NCBI GenBank assembly: GCA_002376005.1
Contig: DFNJ01000013.1
Span: 16,055-80,054, forward strand
Source: Firmicutes bacterium UBA3570
GTDB lineage: Bacteria > Bacillota > Sulfobacillia > UBA3561
Length of the DNA: 64,000 nucleotides
Direction: 5' to 3'
Translations under genes and position numbers: made by a program
The notes under the pieces: generated by a model
What the model was told of the DNA's origin: nothing
The model's input: the letters and a program-made list of their open reading frames with translations, nothing else
Database searches by the model: none
Shown here: piece by piece, positions 48,370 through 57,913 of the stretch
Position numbering within the stretch: position 1 is the first letter of the stretch
Layout of the letters: the number at the start of each line of letters is the position of its first letter

Positions 48370-49287
48370 GTGAGGAAGATCGTGGAGTGCGTCCCCAACT
48401 TCAGCGAAGGTCGGCGGCCCGAGGTTATCGATGCCATCGTGGACGCTCTGAGAGAGGTGCCGGGGATCCGGGTGCTCGATCAGCATGCTGACCCCAACCA
48501 CAATCGCCTGGTGGTCACCTTGGTCGGAGAGCCGGAGGCGACGGCGGAAGCCGCCTTCCGCGGAGCGCAGAGGGCCGTCGAACTCATCAACATGGAGGAG
48601 CACCAGGGGGAACACCCTCGCATAGGAGCGGTGGACGTCATCCCCTTCGTCCCCGTTCAGTGGGTGAGCATGCGGGATTGCGTGAGCCTGGCCCGCCAGG
48701 TCGGACGCCGGATAGCGCAGGAGCTGGGGGTTCCCGTGTACCTGTACGGAGAGGCGGCGACGCGCCCGGAGCGGCGTGATCTGGCAGCAGTGCGGAAGGG
48801 ACAGTACGAGGGGTTGAAAGCCGAGATCCACCTGCCCCACCGGCAGCCGGACTTCGGCGAGGCGAGGATGCATCCCACTGCGGGTGCCACCGCGGTGGGG
48901 GCGCGGGCGCCCCTCATCGCCTTCAACATCAATCTGGACACCTCCGACGTGACCATCGCCCGCAAGATCGCCAGGGCCATCCGGGGCAGCAGCGGGGGAT
49001 TCCGGGACGTGCGCGCCCTGGGGGTCATGATCTCCGACCGGGGGATCGCGCAGGTGAGCATCAACGTGTGCGACTACCGAACCGCGCCCCTGCACCGGGT
49101 GTTCGAGGTGGTGCGCTCGGAGGCGTCCCGGTACGGGGTGCGGGTGCTGGGAAGCGAAATCGTGGGATTGGTTCCCCTCGATGCGCTGGTTGAGGCGGCG
49201 GAGTACTGCCTGCGTCTGCAGGGATTCGACAGGAAGCAGGTGCTGGAAAGGCGAATATGGAGCACCCTGGAGGGAGAGCCCACGTGA
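48370..49287 (+). CDS. ftcD: Glutamate formimidoyltransferase
   Basis: IVECVPNFSEGRR, HNRLV, HPRIGAVDVIPFVP, PDFG, SEIVGLVP. Confidence 0.95.
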   Translation: MRKIVECVPNFSEGRRPEVIDAIVDALREVPGIRVLDQHADPNHNRLVVTLVGEPEATAEAAFRGAQRAVELINMEEHQGEHPRIGAVDVIPFVPVQWVSMRDCVSLARQVGRRIAQELGVPVYLYGEAATRPERRDLAAVRKGQYEGLKAEIHLPHRQPDFGEARMHPTAGATAVGARAPLIAFNINLDTSDVTIARKIARAIRGSSGGFRDVRALGVMISDRGIAQVSINVCDYRTAPLHRVFEVVRSEASRYGVRVLGSEIVGLVPLDALVEAAEYCLRLQGFDRKQVLERRIWSTLEGEPT

Positions 49288-49916
49288 ACAGCAAGAGCTC
49301 GCACTCGGCATTGTTGGATCAGACGGTGCGCGGTTTTCTGGAGCAGGTCTCAGCAGACTCGCCGACTCCGGGGGGCGGCAGCGTGGCGGCGCTGGCCGGC
49401 GCCCTGAGCGCGGCCCTGGTGGCCATGGTGGGCAACTTGACGGTGGGCCGGCGCCGCTTCCGCGAGCGTGAGGATCTCATCAGGCCGGCTTTGGGCCGGG
49501 CATGCCAGTTACGGGATGAGCTACTCTCCCTGGTGGAGAAGGACGCTCTGGCCTTCGACGAGGTAATGCGAGCGTTGCGCATGCCGCGGGACACCGATGC
49601 CCAGAAGGCGGAGCGCGCCCTGGCGCTGGATTCAGCTCTGGCGGTGGCCGCCGAGGTGCCCATGCGTACTGCGGAATTGTGCGTGGAATGCGCTCGGTTG
49701 GCGAAAGTGATGCGGGAGCACGGTAACCCCCGCGCGGCCAGCGACGCCGAAGTGGCGGCGCTCCTGGCGGTTGCGGGGGTACAGGCTGCCATCCTCAATG
49801 TGGAGATTAATCTGGAATCGCTCAAAGACCAGCAGCGGAAGGAGTCGCTGCGTCAGAGGGTGGCCGCTGCTTTGGCGGAGCTGGACGAGGCGAAGTTCCA
49901 GGTGTCCCAGGGCTAA
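49284..49916 (+). CDS. Formiminotetrahydrofolate cyclodeaminase / methenyl-THF cyclohydrolase family
   Basis: SPTPGGGSVAAL, DALAF, GNPRAASD, NVEINL. Confidence 0.9.
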   Translation: MNSKSSHSALLDQTVRGFLEQVSADSPTPGGGSVAALAGALSAALVAMVGNLTVGRRRFREREDLIRPALGRACQLRDELLSLVEKDALAFDEVMRALRMPRDTDAQKAERALALDSALAVAAEVPMRTAELCVECARLAKVMREHGNPRAASDAEVAALLAVAGVQAAILNVEINLESLKDQQRKESLRQRVAAALAELDEAKFQVSQG

Positions 49917-49971
49917 CCACGTCGCCCTGCGGTGGATACTGAAGTTTTGAGGTCCTGGAGGGGAATGAGGG

Positions 49972-50118
49972 GTGAAGAAAAAGCACATCAGGACCGTGTG
50001 GGAGGGAAAACTGCAGCGGCCTGGCGGCACTGGCTGCGGAGAATGCAGGTCTTCCTGCCAGTCGGCCTGCAAGACTTCCTGCACGGTGGGTCATCAGGAG
50101 TGCCGCGCCGGTAGGTGA
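49972..50118 (+). CDS. scfA: SCIFF six-cysteine ranthipeptide precursor (not in the ORF track)
   Basis: MKKKHIRTVWEGKLQRPGGTGCGECRSSCQSACKTSCTVGHQECRAGR; stop overlaps the scfB start (GTGA). Confidence 0.93.
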   Translation: MKKKHIRTVWEGKLQRPGGTGCGECRSSCQSACKTSCTVGHQECRAGR

Positions 50119-51515
50119 GCGCTCTGCGGCGGTTGCGAGAAGACGTGGACTGGCACCGGTGCCAGCTGGGGGCTCACCGGGTCCTGCTGGATGTGAACAG
50201 CGGGTCGCTGCACCTGCTCGACCGAGTGGCGTGGGAGGTACTGGATTACTTTGACGGCACCAACCACCGCCAGGTGGTGGAGGCCCTCAGCGGAGTCTGG
50301 CCGCGGGAGGAGGTAGCGGCGGTACTCGAGGAGCTGGACGAGCTGCGGGCGCGGGGCCAGTTTGGCGTCCGGGATCGCATGGAATCCAGCTACCAGGGCA
50401 GGCGCGACGTGCCGGTGAAGGCCCTGTGCCTGTTGGTGAGCGGTCAGTGCAATCTCCGGTGTGAGTACTGCTTCGTTACCGAGGCCGGTCCGCTGATGAG
50501 GTGGGAGGTGGCCCGGCGGAGCGTTGACTTCCTGATGCAGGAATCGGGCACGCGCAGGCTGTGCGAGCTCGATTTCTTCGGAGGGGAGCCGCTACTGAAT
50601 CTCGCCGTAGTCCGCGCCACCGTGGCGTATGCCCGCGAGCGCGCTCGGAGTTTGGGCAAGGACGTCCGCTTCAGCATCACCACCAACGCCACACTGGTGG
50701 ACGATGAGTTCGTCGCTCTGGTGCGACAGCACGGGATATCGGTGATCCTGAGCATGGACGGCCGGCAGGCGGTGCACGACCGGTTTCGGCATTACCGCGA
50801 CGGCCGGGGATCTTGGCGCGACGCGCTGGAGGGTGCCCTGCGACTGCTGCGTGGGGTTGAAGGGCTGGATTACTGGGTGCGGGGGACCTACACGTCCGCC
50901 AACCTGGATTTCAGCCAAGATGTGGCCACGCTGGTGCGCCTGGGTTTTGGGCGGATTTCGCTGGAGCCGGTGGTGGCCCGTCCCGAGGATGAGTACTCCC
51001 TGAAGCCCGAGCACCTGGATACCATCAGGGGGGAGTACCGGAAGGTGGCCGAGTTATGCTTGGAGGCACTGCGGGAAGGTTGGGAGTTGGATTTCTATCA
51101 CTTTAGGCTCGATCCGGAGGGCGGGCCCTGTCTGTACAAGCGCCTTGCAGGTTGCGGGGCAGGTGTGGATTACCTGGCGGTTACCCCCACTGGAGAGCTG
51201 TACCCCTGTCATCAGTTCGTGGGCAGAAGGGAATTCCGGATGGGCACCGTGTGGGAGGGGATCACCAACCGGGAGTTACGTCAGCGCTTTGCCGATGCTC
51301 ACGTTTATCGGAAGGCTACCTGCCGCACCTGTTGGGCCCGATTTCACTGCGGCGGCGGCTGTCATGCTAACAATCACCTGCTCACTGGAGATCTCCTGTG
51401 GCCGGATGCTCTCAGTTGCGACATCCTCCGGGCCCGACTTGACTGTGCCCTGGTGGTCCAGGCGGCGCGCGTTTGTGGCCACCCCCACTCGCCCGGCAGC
51501 ATCCGTACCGGCTGA
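50115..51515 (+). CDS. scfB: SCIFF radical SAM thioether cross-link maturase
   Basis: RRE-like LDVNSGSLHLLD, CNLRCEYC, DFFGGEPL, GCGAG...LYPCHQF, CRTCWARFHCGGGCHAN. Confidence 0.93.
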   Translation: MSALRRLREDVDWHRCQLGAHRVLLDVNSGSLHLLDRVAWEVLDYFDGTNHRQVVEALSGVWPREEVAAVLEELDELRARGQFGVRDRMESSYQGRRDVPVKALCLLVSGQCNLRCEYCFVTEAGPLMRWEVARRSVDFLMQESGTRRLCELDFFGGEPLLNLAVVRATVAYARERARSLGKDVRFSITTNATLVDDEFVALVRQHGISVILSMDGRQAVHDRFRHYRDGRGSWRDALEGALRLLRGVEGLDYWVRGTYTSANLDFSQDVATLVRLGFGRISLEPVVARPEDEYSLKPEHLDTIRGEYRKVAELCLEALREGWELDFYHFRLDPEGGPCLYKRLAGCGAGVDYLAVTPTGELYPCHQFVGRREFRMGTVWEGITNRELRQRFADAHVYRKATCRTCWARFHCGGGCHANNHLLTGDLLWPDALSCDILRARLDCALVVQAARVCGHPHSPGSIRTG

Positions 51516-51605
51516 ACCATGGTGACGTGTATCATCTCAACACGTCGGTGCCGCTCGTTTCTCAGGGGCAGGAAGAGAGCCACCTCCTGTGGAAGCTGAA
51601 AGGAG

Positions 51606-53414
51606 GTGGTACTGGTGGCTGGTTTGGAAGTTTTGCGAAATGAGTTGACGGAGCTGGCGGACGCGCTGGCCAGATCGGTGGGAATCGAGGTCACTGTAGT
51701 GGACAGCACGGGAGTGCGCTTGGCAGGGACCGGTCAGCTGGCGAAAAGCGTGGGCCTGAAAGTGCCGGTGGGCGCCGCTTTTTACACGGTGGTCCGCGAG
51801 ATCCGGGAGATTTTCATCGGTGAGCCGGGGGTGAGTGAATTATGCCGGGATTGCCGCTCCCGGCTGAGCTGTTCGGAGACCGCCGTGCTCAGCGTTCCCA
51901 TTGTGCTAGAAGGGGAAGCAATAGGGGTCATCTCCCTGGTGGCCTTCAATGCCCGTCAGCGGTTCACCTTGCTTTCCGGGTTGGAAGGACTCCGCCAGCT
52001 GCTGACCGTGTTGGCCCGCATGCTAGCCTGCCGCGTCCGTCAGGAAGAAGTGACTCAGCGACGCCATCTGGCAGCCACCCAGCTGCGCACCATCCTCAAC
52101 GCCCTTCCGGACGCTGTGGTGACTGTGGACTCGGAGGGAAAGGTTACCCATTTCAATGCTTCGGCGGAGAGAGTATTTCGTAGGCCAGCCATGGACGTGG
52201 TAGGTCGTCATGTGGGGGAGGTGCTGCCTCAGCTGCCGTTACTGGAGGTGCTACGCACTGGTCGAGTGGTCAGCGAGCAGGAATTCAGCATGGTGGTGGA
52301 CGGACGCCGACAGCAGCACCTTGGGCTGATCGGCACGGTGGAGCCCATCATGACTCCCAGCGGAATGGGAGGAGTTATCGGGGTTTTCCGCACCTACCAC
52401 CAGGCACAGCGACTGGGCCAGTACGTGTACAGCGAGCCGGCGTTTCACTTCGAAGGGATCATCACCAGGAATCCCAAGATGAAGCAGCTGATAGAGCACG
52501 CCCGCCGGATTGCCAAAAGCCGTTCTACGGTGCTCATTACCGGCGAGAGCGGAACCGGCAAGGGTCTGTTCGCTCGTGCCATTCACAACGCCAGCCCGCG
52601 GGCGCAGCGCCCATTCCGGAGCATCAATTGCAGCGCCATTCCGGAATCTCTGCTGGAGAGCGAACTGTTCGGGTATGAGGAAGGAGCCTTTACGGGGGCT
52701 AGAAGGGGTGGCAAGCCGGGGAAGTTCGAGTTGGCCGACGGCGGGACGTTGATGCTGGACGAGATCGCGGATATGCCGTTGCATCTCCAGGCCAAGCTGC
52801 TCAAGGTGCTGGAAGAGGGTCGGATTGAACGGGTGGGCGGTACCACTGAAGTGCCGGTGGACGTTCGCGTCATCGCGGCTTCGAATCGCGACCTGGCGGC
52901 TATGGTGGAGGAAGGGTCCTTTCGCCGCGACCTGTACTACCGTCTGAACGTGATTCCCCTGCACATACCGCCGCTCAGAGAACGTAAGGACGACATCGAT
53001 CTGCTGCTCAAGCACTTCGTAGACACCCTGAACGTGATACTGGAGCGTAACATCCAGGGTTTCACTCCGGCAGCGAAGAGGCGCCTACTGGAGTATCCCT
53101 GGCCGGGCAATGTGCGCGAACTGCGCAACGCGGTGGAGTATGCCTTCAACGTGGAGACGTCCGACCTGGTGCGGGTTAGTTCGCTCCCCCCGCATGTGCG
53201 CAACTTTTCTCTGCGGCGTGAGGAGATGGCGGGAACAATGCCGGGGTCGGCGCCCTGGCCTGACCGCTCTCTCCGGGATCTGGTGCGGGAGTTCGAACGC
53301 CGTCTGCTCCGGGGCAGATACCGGGCTCACGAGATGAGTACCGAGGAGAAGAAACGCCTGGCGGAGGCATTGGGGATCAGCCTCTCGACCCTGTACAGGA
53401 AAATCGAGTCCTGA
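51606..53414 (+). CDS. Sigma-54-dependent transcriptional activator (GAF-PAS-AAA-HTH)
   Basis: GESGTGK, ESELFGYEEGAFTGA, LDEIADM, WPGNVREL, LGISLSTLYRK. Confidence 0.95.
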   Translation: MVLVAGLEVLRNELTELADALARSVGIEVTVVDSTGVRLAGTGQLAKSVGLKVPVGAAFYTVVREIREIFIGEPGVSELCRDCRSRLSCSETAVLSVPIVLEGEAIGVISLVAFNARQRFTLLSGLEGLRQLLTVLARMLACRVRQEEVTQRRHLAATQLRTILNALPDAVVTVDSEGKVTHFNASAERVFRRPAMDVVGRHVGEVLPQLPLLEVLRTGRVVSEQEFSMVVDGRRQQHLGLIGTVEPIMTPSGMGGVIGVFRTYHQAQRLGQYVYSEPAFHFEGIITRNPKMKQLIEHARRIAKSRSTVLITGESGTGKGLFARAIHNASPRAQRPFRSINCSAIPESLLESELFGYEEGAFTGARRGGKPGKFELADGGTLMLDEIADMPLHLQAKLLKVLEEGRIERVGGTTEVPVDVRVIAASNRDLAAMVEEGSFRRDLYYRLNVIPLHIPPLRERKDDIDLLLKHFVDTLNVILERNIQGFTPAAKRRLLEYPWPGNVRELRNAVEYAFNVETSDLVRVSSLPPHVRNFSLRREEMAGTMPGSAPWPDRSLRDLVREFERRLLRGRYRAHEMSTEEKKRLAEALGISLSTLYRKIES

Positions 53415-53417
53415 TCT

Positions 53418-53458
53418 TTTCTCACGGTTGACAAAGGGTTCTGCGCAGATTTGAGAAA
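53418..53458. promoter_or_regulatory. Tandem upstream activator sites
   Basis: TTTCTCA-N4-TGACAAA and CTGCGCA-N4-TGAGAAA imperfect palindromes upstream of the sigma-54 site. Confidence 0.55.
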
Positions 53459-53519
53459 AACCGCAGACGTGCTGCTCAGCTGAGTACCCCACAGCCGCGT
53501 GGCTGCGGGGTTTTCATCT

Positions 53520-53534
53520 TGGCACGATTCTTGC
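53520..53534 (+). promoter_or_regulatory. Sigma-54 (-24/-12) promoter
   Basis: TGGCACG-ATTC-TTGC, matching the consensus. Confidence 0.88.
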
Positions 53535-53577
53535 GTGGGCCAACCCGGTGAAGACCATTGCACGCGGAGGGAGTCAG

Positions 53578-54477
53578 ATGTTTCGCATGAAGGGATCTTG
53601 GGTGGCCATCATCACTCCGTACAACGCTGACGGGGGGGTGGACATAGGCGGTTTCCGTGTCCTGGTCGACTTCCAGCATCGCGCGGGCACCGACGGCATC
53701 CTGCTCATGGGATCCACCGGGGAGTCCAGCCTTCTGAGTGTGGAGGAAAAGAAGCGTATCATTCGCGAGATCTGCCCTTATGCCAAGGGTAAGATCCCGG
53801 TCTTCGTGGGTACCACCTGCAATACCACCCGCGAGACGGTGGAGCTGTCTCTGTATGCCAAGGATCATGGCGCCGATGGATTGCTTCTGGTGGTTCCTCC
53901 ATACTGTCGCCCACCGCAGGACAGCATCTACGAGTTCTTCGCCACCGTGGCAGAGGCCACTGAACTACCCATTGCCATATACAACAATCCCAGCCGCGTG
54001 GGAGTCAACATAGACGCATCGACCATTGTGCGACTGGCAGACATTCCCAACATAGTAGCGGACAAGGAAGCAATCCCCAACGTCTCCCAGCTGGTCAATG
54101 TGCGCAGGAAGGCGGGGGACAAGATCGCCATACTCTGTTGCGACTATCCGGGATATGGCCTGATACTGCCCACTCTGGCCATGGGAGGCGATGGAGTGAC
54201 CAACATTGTGGGCAATGTGATCCCCCGCCAAATGGCCGAGATGTCGCAGCCATGGTCGTCATGGGAGGATGTGGAGCGCACCCGTCGCATTTACTTCCGC
54301 TACCTGCCACTGATGGAGGCCGCTTACAGCGTGTCCAACCCGGTCCCGCTGAAGGCGGCCATGGAAATGCTGGGGTTGCCTGCAGGGCCTCCGCGAAAGC
54401 CGCTGCCCGAGTTGCGATCGGAGGCCAAGGAGAAGCTGCAGAGGTTGCTTGAAGAGCTGGAAGTCACTATCGACTGA
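53578..54477 (+). CDS. DapA/NanA family class I aldolase-lyase
   Basis: GSTGES, VVPPY, IYNNPSRVG, Schiff-base Lys in ADKEA, NPVPLKAAM. Confidence 0.88.
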   Translation: MFRMKGSWVAIITPYNADGGVDIGGFRVLVDFQHRAGTDGILLMGSTGESSLLSVEEKKRIIREICPYAKGKIPVFVGTTCNTTRETVELSLYAKDHGADGLLLVVPPYCRPPQDSIYEFFATVAEATELPIAIYNNPSRVGVNIDASTIVRLADIPNIVADKEAIPNVSQLVNVRRKAGDKIAILCCDYPGYGLILPTLAMGGDGVTNIVGNVIPRQMAEMSQPWSSWEDVERTRRIYFRYLPLMEAAYSVSNPVPLKAAMEMLGLPAGPPRKPLPELRSEAKEKLQRLLEELEVTID

Positions 54478-54500
54478 CACCACAGAGGAGGAGGAGATCA

Positions 54501-55877
54501 ATGGCCAGACCACACAGGAAGAGGCTGGTGGTGGTGGGCGGAGTGGCCGCCGGAATGAGCGCTGCGTCGCGAGCCCGCCGGCGCGACCCCGATATGGAGA
54601 TCAAGGTATTTGAAAAGTCGGGTTACGTATCCTACGGGGCGTGCGGTCTGCCTTACTTCATTGCTGGTCTAATAGACGACCACCACAACCTGATCACCTA
54701 CACCCCGGACTTCTTCTGGCAACAACGACGCATAGAGGTGCACACCCGCTGTGAGGTGACGGAGATCGATCTCGACGCCCAGCAGGTTACAGTCTGGGAT
54801 CACGTGGAGGCAAGAGAGGAAAAGGTCTCGTTCGATGTCTTGGTGCTCGCCACCGGAGGCAGCCCGGTCAAGCCGCCGCTGGAGAACGTGGACCTGGAAA
54901 ATGTTTTCACCCTGCGCACGGTGGAGGACGGCATGGCCATCCGCGAACATGCCCGCAGCGGTCAATCACGTCGCGCAGTCATATTCGGGGCCGGATACGT
55001 TGGGCTGGAGATGGCGGAGGCATTCAGCAGGTTGGGGCTGCAGGTCACGGTTATCGAGAAGATGTCCTGGGTGCTGGGCAGTGTGGATCAGGAGATAAGC
55101 CAGCTGGTGGAGCAAGAACTGGAGAAGAACCGGGTGGAGCTGATAAAGAACGAGGAGGTCCAGGGGTTCGAGGACGATGGCAGCGGTCGCGTGTGCCGAG
55201 TGGTAACTTCCAAAGGAGTCATCGAGACAGACATGGTCTTGCTAGCGGTGGGCGTTGAGCCCAACGTGGCACTGGCTCGGCAGGCAGGGATTGCTCTCGG
55301 CAGGACGGGGGCAATAAAGGTGAACGAATACATGGCTACCTCGCACGCCCTGGTGTGGGCTGCCGGCGACTGCGCGGAGACGTACTTCCGCGTCCTGGAC
55401 GAGTACGACTACATACCCTTTGGTACCACCGCCAACAAGCAGGGCCGGGTGGCGGGAGAAAACGCTGCGGGGGGACGGTCTGTCTTTCCGGGAGTGGTGG
55501 GAACCAGCACCCTCAAGGTGTTCGACCTGACCGTGGCATCCACGGGGATCAACGAAAAGCGGGCGGAGGAGCTGGGCATTCCCTACGTGACGTCGTTCAT
55601 CCGGTCCCTCTCACGCGCCTCCTATTATCCGGGAGTACAGCCCATTTTCGTCAAGATGGTAGCAGATGCCAGAAACGGCAGGCTGCTAGGAGCACAGATG
55701 GCCGGCTACGAGGGAATTGCCAAGCGTATCGACGTGCTGGCTACCGCGCTTCATAACTCGATGACCGTGGAGGAGATCAGCAAGCTGGATCTCAGCTATG
55801 CGCCGCCGTTTGCGCCGGTGTGGGACCCCATACTGATCGCTGCCAGCCAGGCGAGCAAAGAAGTGGGCAAGGCTTGA
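54501..55877 (+). CDS. CoA-disulfide reductase / NADH oxidase family flavoprotein
   Basis: GGVAAGMSAA, SYGACG redox Cys, GAGYVGLEMAE, AAGDC, LDLSYAPPF. Confidence 0.92.
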   Translation: MARPHRKRLVVVGGVAAGMSAASRARRRDPDMEIKVFEKSGYVSYGACGLPYFIAGLIDDHHNLITYTPDFFWQQRRIEVHTRCEVTEIDLDAQQVTVWDHVEAREEKVSFDVLVLATGGSPVKPPLENVDLENVFTLRTVEDGMAIREHARSGQSRRAVIFGAGYVGLEMAEAFSRLGLQVTVIEKMSWVLGSVDQEISQLVEQELEKNRVELIKNEEVQGFEDDGSGRVCRVVTSKGVIETDMVLLAVGVEPNVALARQAGIALGRTGAIKVNEYMATSHALVWAAGDCAETYFRVLDEYDYIPFGTTANKQGRVAGENAAGGRSVFPGVVGTSTLKVFDLTVASTGINEKRAEELGIPYVTSFIRSLSRASYYPGVQPIFVKMVADARNGRLLGAQMAGYEGIAKRIDVLATALHNSMTVEEISKLDLSYAPPFAPVWDPILIAASQASKEVGKA

Positions 55878-55893
55878 CGGGAGGGGTGCGCTG

Positions 55894-56295
55894 GTGGAAA
55901 AACTCCTCGCTGGACGGGTAGTGACAATCGTACTTCCTCAAGGGGCGGAGGTGAATCGCGATCTAGCTTCCCGGGCACGGGAACTCGGCATACGGCGGGG
56001 TCAGGTCATAGCAGGCCTGGGTTCGTTACGGCAGGTCACTGTGCGCAACCCGGTCACTGCCGACATGCCTCCCCGCATGGAAAGACGGAGCTGGGACGGG
56101 CCCTTGGAGGTGGTTTCCTTGGAGGGGGAGGTGAATTTTGACGACGCGGCTAAGGGTCCGGTTCATCTGCATGGGAGCTTCTCCTTGAAGGACGGCCAGG
56201 TGGTAGGAGGCGCGCTGGATAGTCCCAGCCGCGTATTCAAGGATTTGCGCTGCATGATCCTGGTGGAAGCAGAGTGGGATCATTCCCAGAGATAG
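55894..56295 (+). CDS. PPC/DUF296 domain protein
   Basis: GLGSL, LEVVSLEG, HLHGSFS, VVGG. Confidence 0.82.
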   Translation: MEKLLAGRVVTIVLPQGAEVNRDLASRARELGIRRGQVIAGLGSLRQVTVRNPVTADMPPRMERRSWDGPLEVVSLEGEVNFDDAAKGPVHLHGSFSLKDGQVVGGALDSPSRVFKDLRCMILVEAEWDHSQR

Positions 56296-56311
56296 ACAGG
56301 GGGTATGCGCT

Positions 56312-57352
56312 GTGTACAGCTGGCACGGACGGACCAAGTTGGCAATAACGGTGTTGCTGGTAATGGCGGTGGTCGCCGTGGCGGGTTGTGGTCAGCAGGA
56401 GGAAGGCGCCTCTCAGGAACCGCAGCAAACTTATGAGCTCAAGCTGGCCACCATGGTGACTGATCCCCATCCCTGGATCCCCATGGCCGAGCACTTTGCT
56501 GCCAGGGTGGAAGAGCTCACCAACGGGGGAGTGAAGGTAGTACTGTATCCAGGGGGCACCCTGGGCAATGACCAGGCGACCTTGGAGGACATGCGCTACG
56601 GTACGGTGGATTTCAACATCACCACCTCTGCCAATGCCTCGCCTTTCGTACCTGCCCTGCAGGTGTTCAGCCTCAGCTACTTGTTCAAGGACAGCGAGCA
56701 TTTCAGGAGGGCGCTGGCACCGGACAGTCCGCTGGTGGAAGCGATTGCGCAGGAAGTGGAAAAGGCACAGCCTGACTTCAAGTTCCTGGCGCTCAGCGGT
56801 GGAGGAACCAGGAGTCTGTCGACGCGTTTTGGGCCGGTCAGGACGCCCGCTGATCTCAAGGGAAGGCGCATGCGGGTGATGATGTCACCCATCGAGTCCC
56901 AGATCTGGGAAGCGCTGGGAACGATACCGGTGAGCGTTCCCTGGACCGAGCTTTATACCGCCATCCAGACCGGAGTTGCGGAGGCCTTCGAGTCCAGCAC
57001 CAGCGGGTACTGGTCGGCGAAGCTCTACGAAGTCGGGCCGTACCACTGCCTCACGCAACACCAGTTCATGGTCAGCGTACTCCTCATGAGCAAAAAGACC
57101 TGGGATCAGCTGCCTGCCGAGTACCAGCAGGCGGTGGTGAAGGCGGCCGAAGAAGCTGCCCAGGTTGGGATAGACAAGGGTTTTGAAGTGGAAGCCGAGA
57201 TCCACGCGAAGCTGCGGGAGAAGAACGTTACCATCGTGGAAGTTGACAAGGAATCCTTCCAGGCGATCGTGGTGCCACTACACGATCAGTTTGCCGAGGA
57301 CATGAACGTCACCCACCTGCTGAAGATCATCCGCGACCTCGCTGGTGAATGA
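56312..57352 (+). CDS. dctP: TRAP transporter substrate-binding lipoprotein
   Basis: Lipobox VAGC, YPGGTLG, DLKGRRMRV, ELYTAIQTG. Confidence 0.93.
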   Translation: MYSWHGRTKLAITVLLVMAVVAVAGCGQQEEGASQEPQQTYELKLATMVTDPHPWIPMAEHFAARVEELTNGGVKVVLYPGGTLGNDQATLEDMRYGTVDFNITTSANASPFVPALQVFSLSYLFKDSEHFRRALAPDSPLVEAIAQEVEKAQPDFKFLALSGGGTRSLSTRFGPVRTPADLKGRRMRVMMSPIESQIWEALGTIPVSVPWTELYTAIQTGVAEAFESSTSGYWSAKLYEVGPYHCLTQHQFMVSVLLMSKKTWDQLPAEYQQAVVKAAEEAAQVGIDKGFEVEAEIHAKLREKNVTIVEVDKESFQAIVVPLHDQFAEDMNVTHLLKIIRDLAGE

Positions 57353-57421
57353 CCCAAGGCATAGCGGTGTGTGGGGGGACCGTTTAGTCGGTCCCCCCAT
57401 CACGGGGAGTGTGGTGTTCGG

Positions 57422-57913
57422 ATGCGGAAGGTCAGTGAATTGGTAGCGCGAGTTCAGTCTTGGTTCTGCGGTGTCCTGTTGGGGTTCATGGTGGTGGTAG
57501 TGTTCCTTCAGGTGCTCAGCCGGAGACTGTTCCGCGTGGCCATGCTGTGGACTCAGGAAGCGGCCCTGTTTTGCTTCATCTGGACGGTCTTCTTGGGTGC
57601 CGCGCTGGCTGTCAAGAGAGGCAGCCACTTCGTTGTGGACGTCTGGCCGGAAAGGCTGGTTTCGTTCCGGCGGGCCCTCGGTGTGTTCTCCTTTCTGGTG
57701 GTGGGGGTGGTGGCGGCAGTTCTACTTAGAGAAGGGTGGATCCTCACGCTCCGCGGCTGGATGAGATTCTCACAACCTTCGGGTCTGCGCATGTCTTGGT
57801 TCCTGGCCGCCATTCCAGTGGGAGGGGCGCTCATGTTGTTGCACATGGTGGCTGAGGTGGCGGAGCTGATAGCCGGAAAGAGACTCAGGAAGGAGAGACC
57901 GCAGGCACTATGA
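57422..57913 (+). CDS. dctQ: TRAP transporter small permease
   Basis: QVLSR, WTQE, FLGAA, HFVVD. Confidence 0.9.
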   Translation: MRKVSELVARVQSWFCGVLLGFMVVVVFLQVLSRRLFRVAMLWTQEAALFCFIWTVFLGAALAVKRGSHFVVDVWPERLVSFRRALGVFSFLVVGVVAAVLLREGWILTLRGWMRFSQPSGLRMSWFLAAIPVGGALMLLHMVAEVAELIAGKRLRKERPQAL

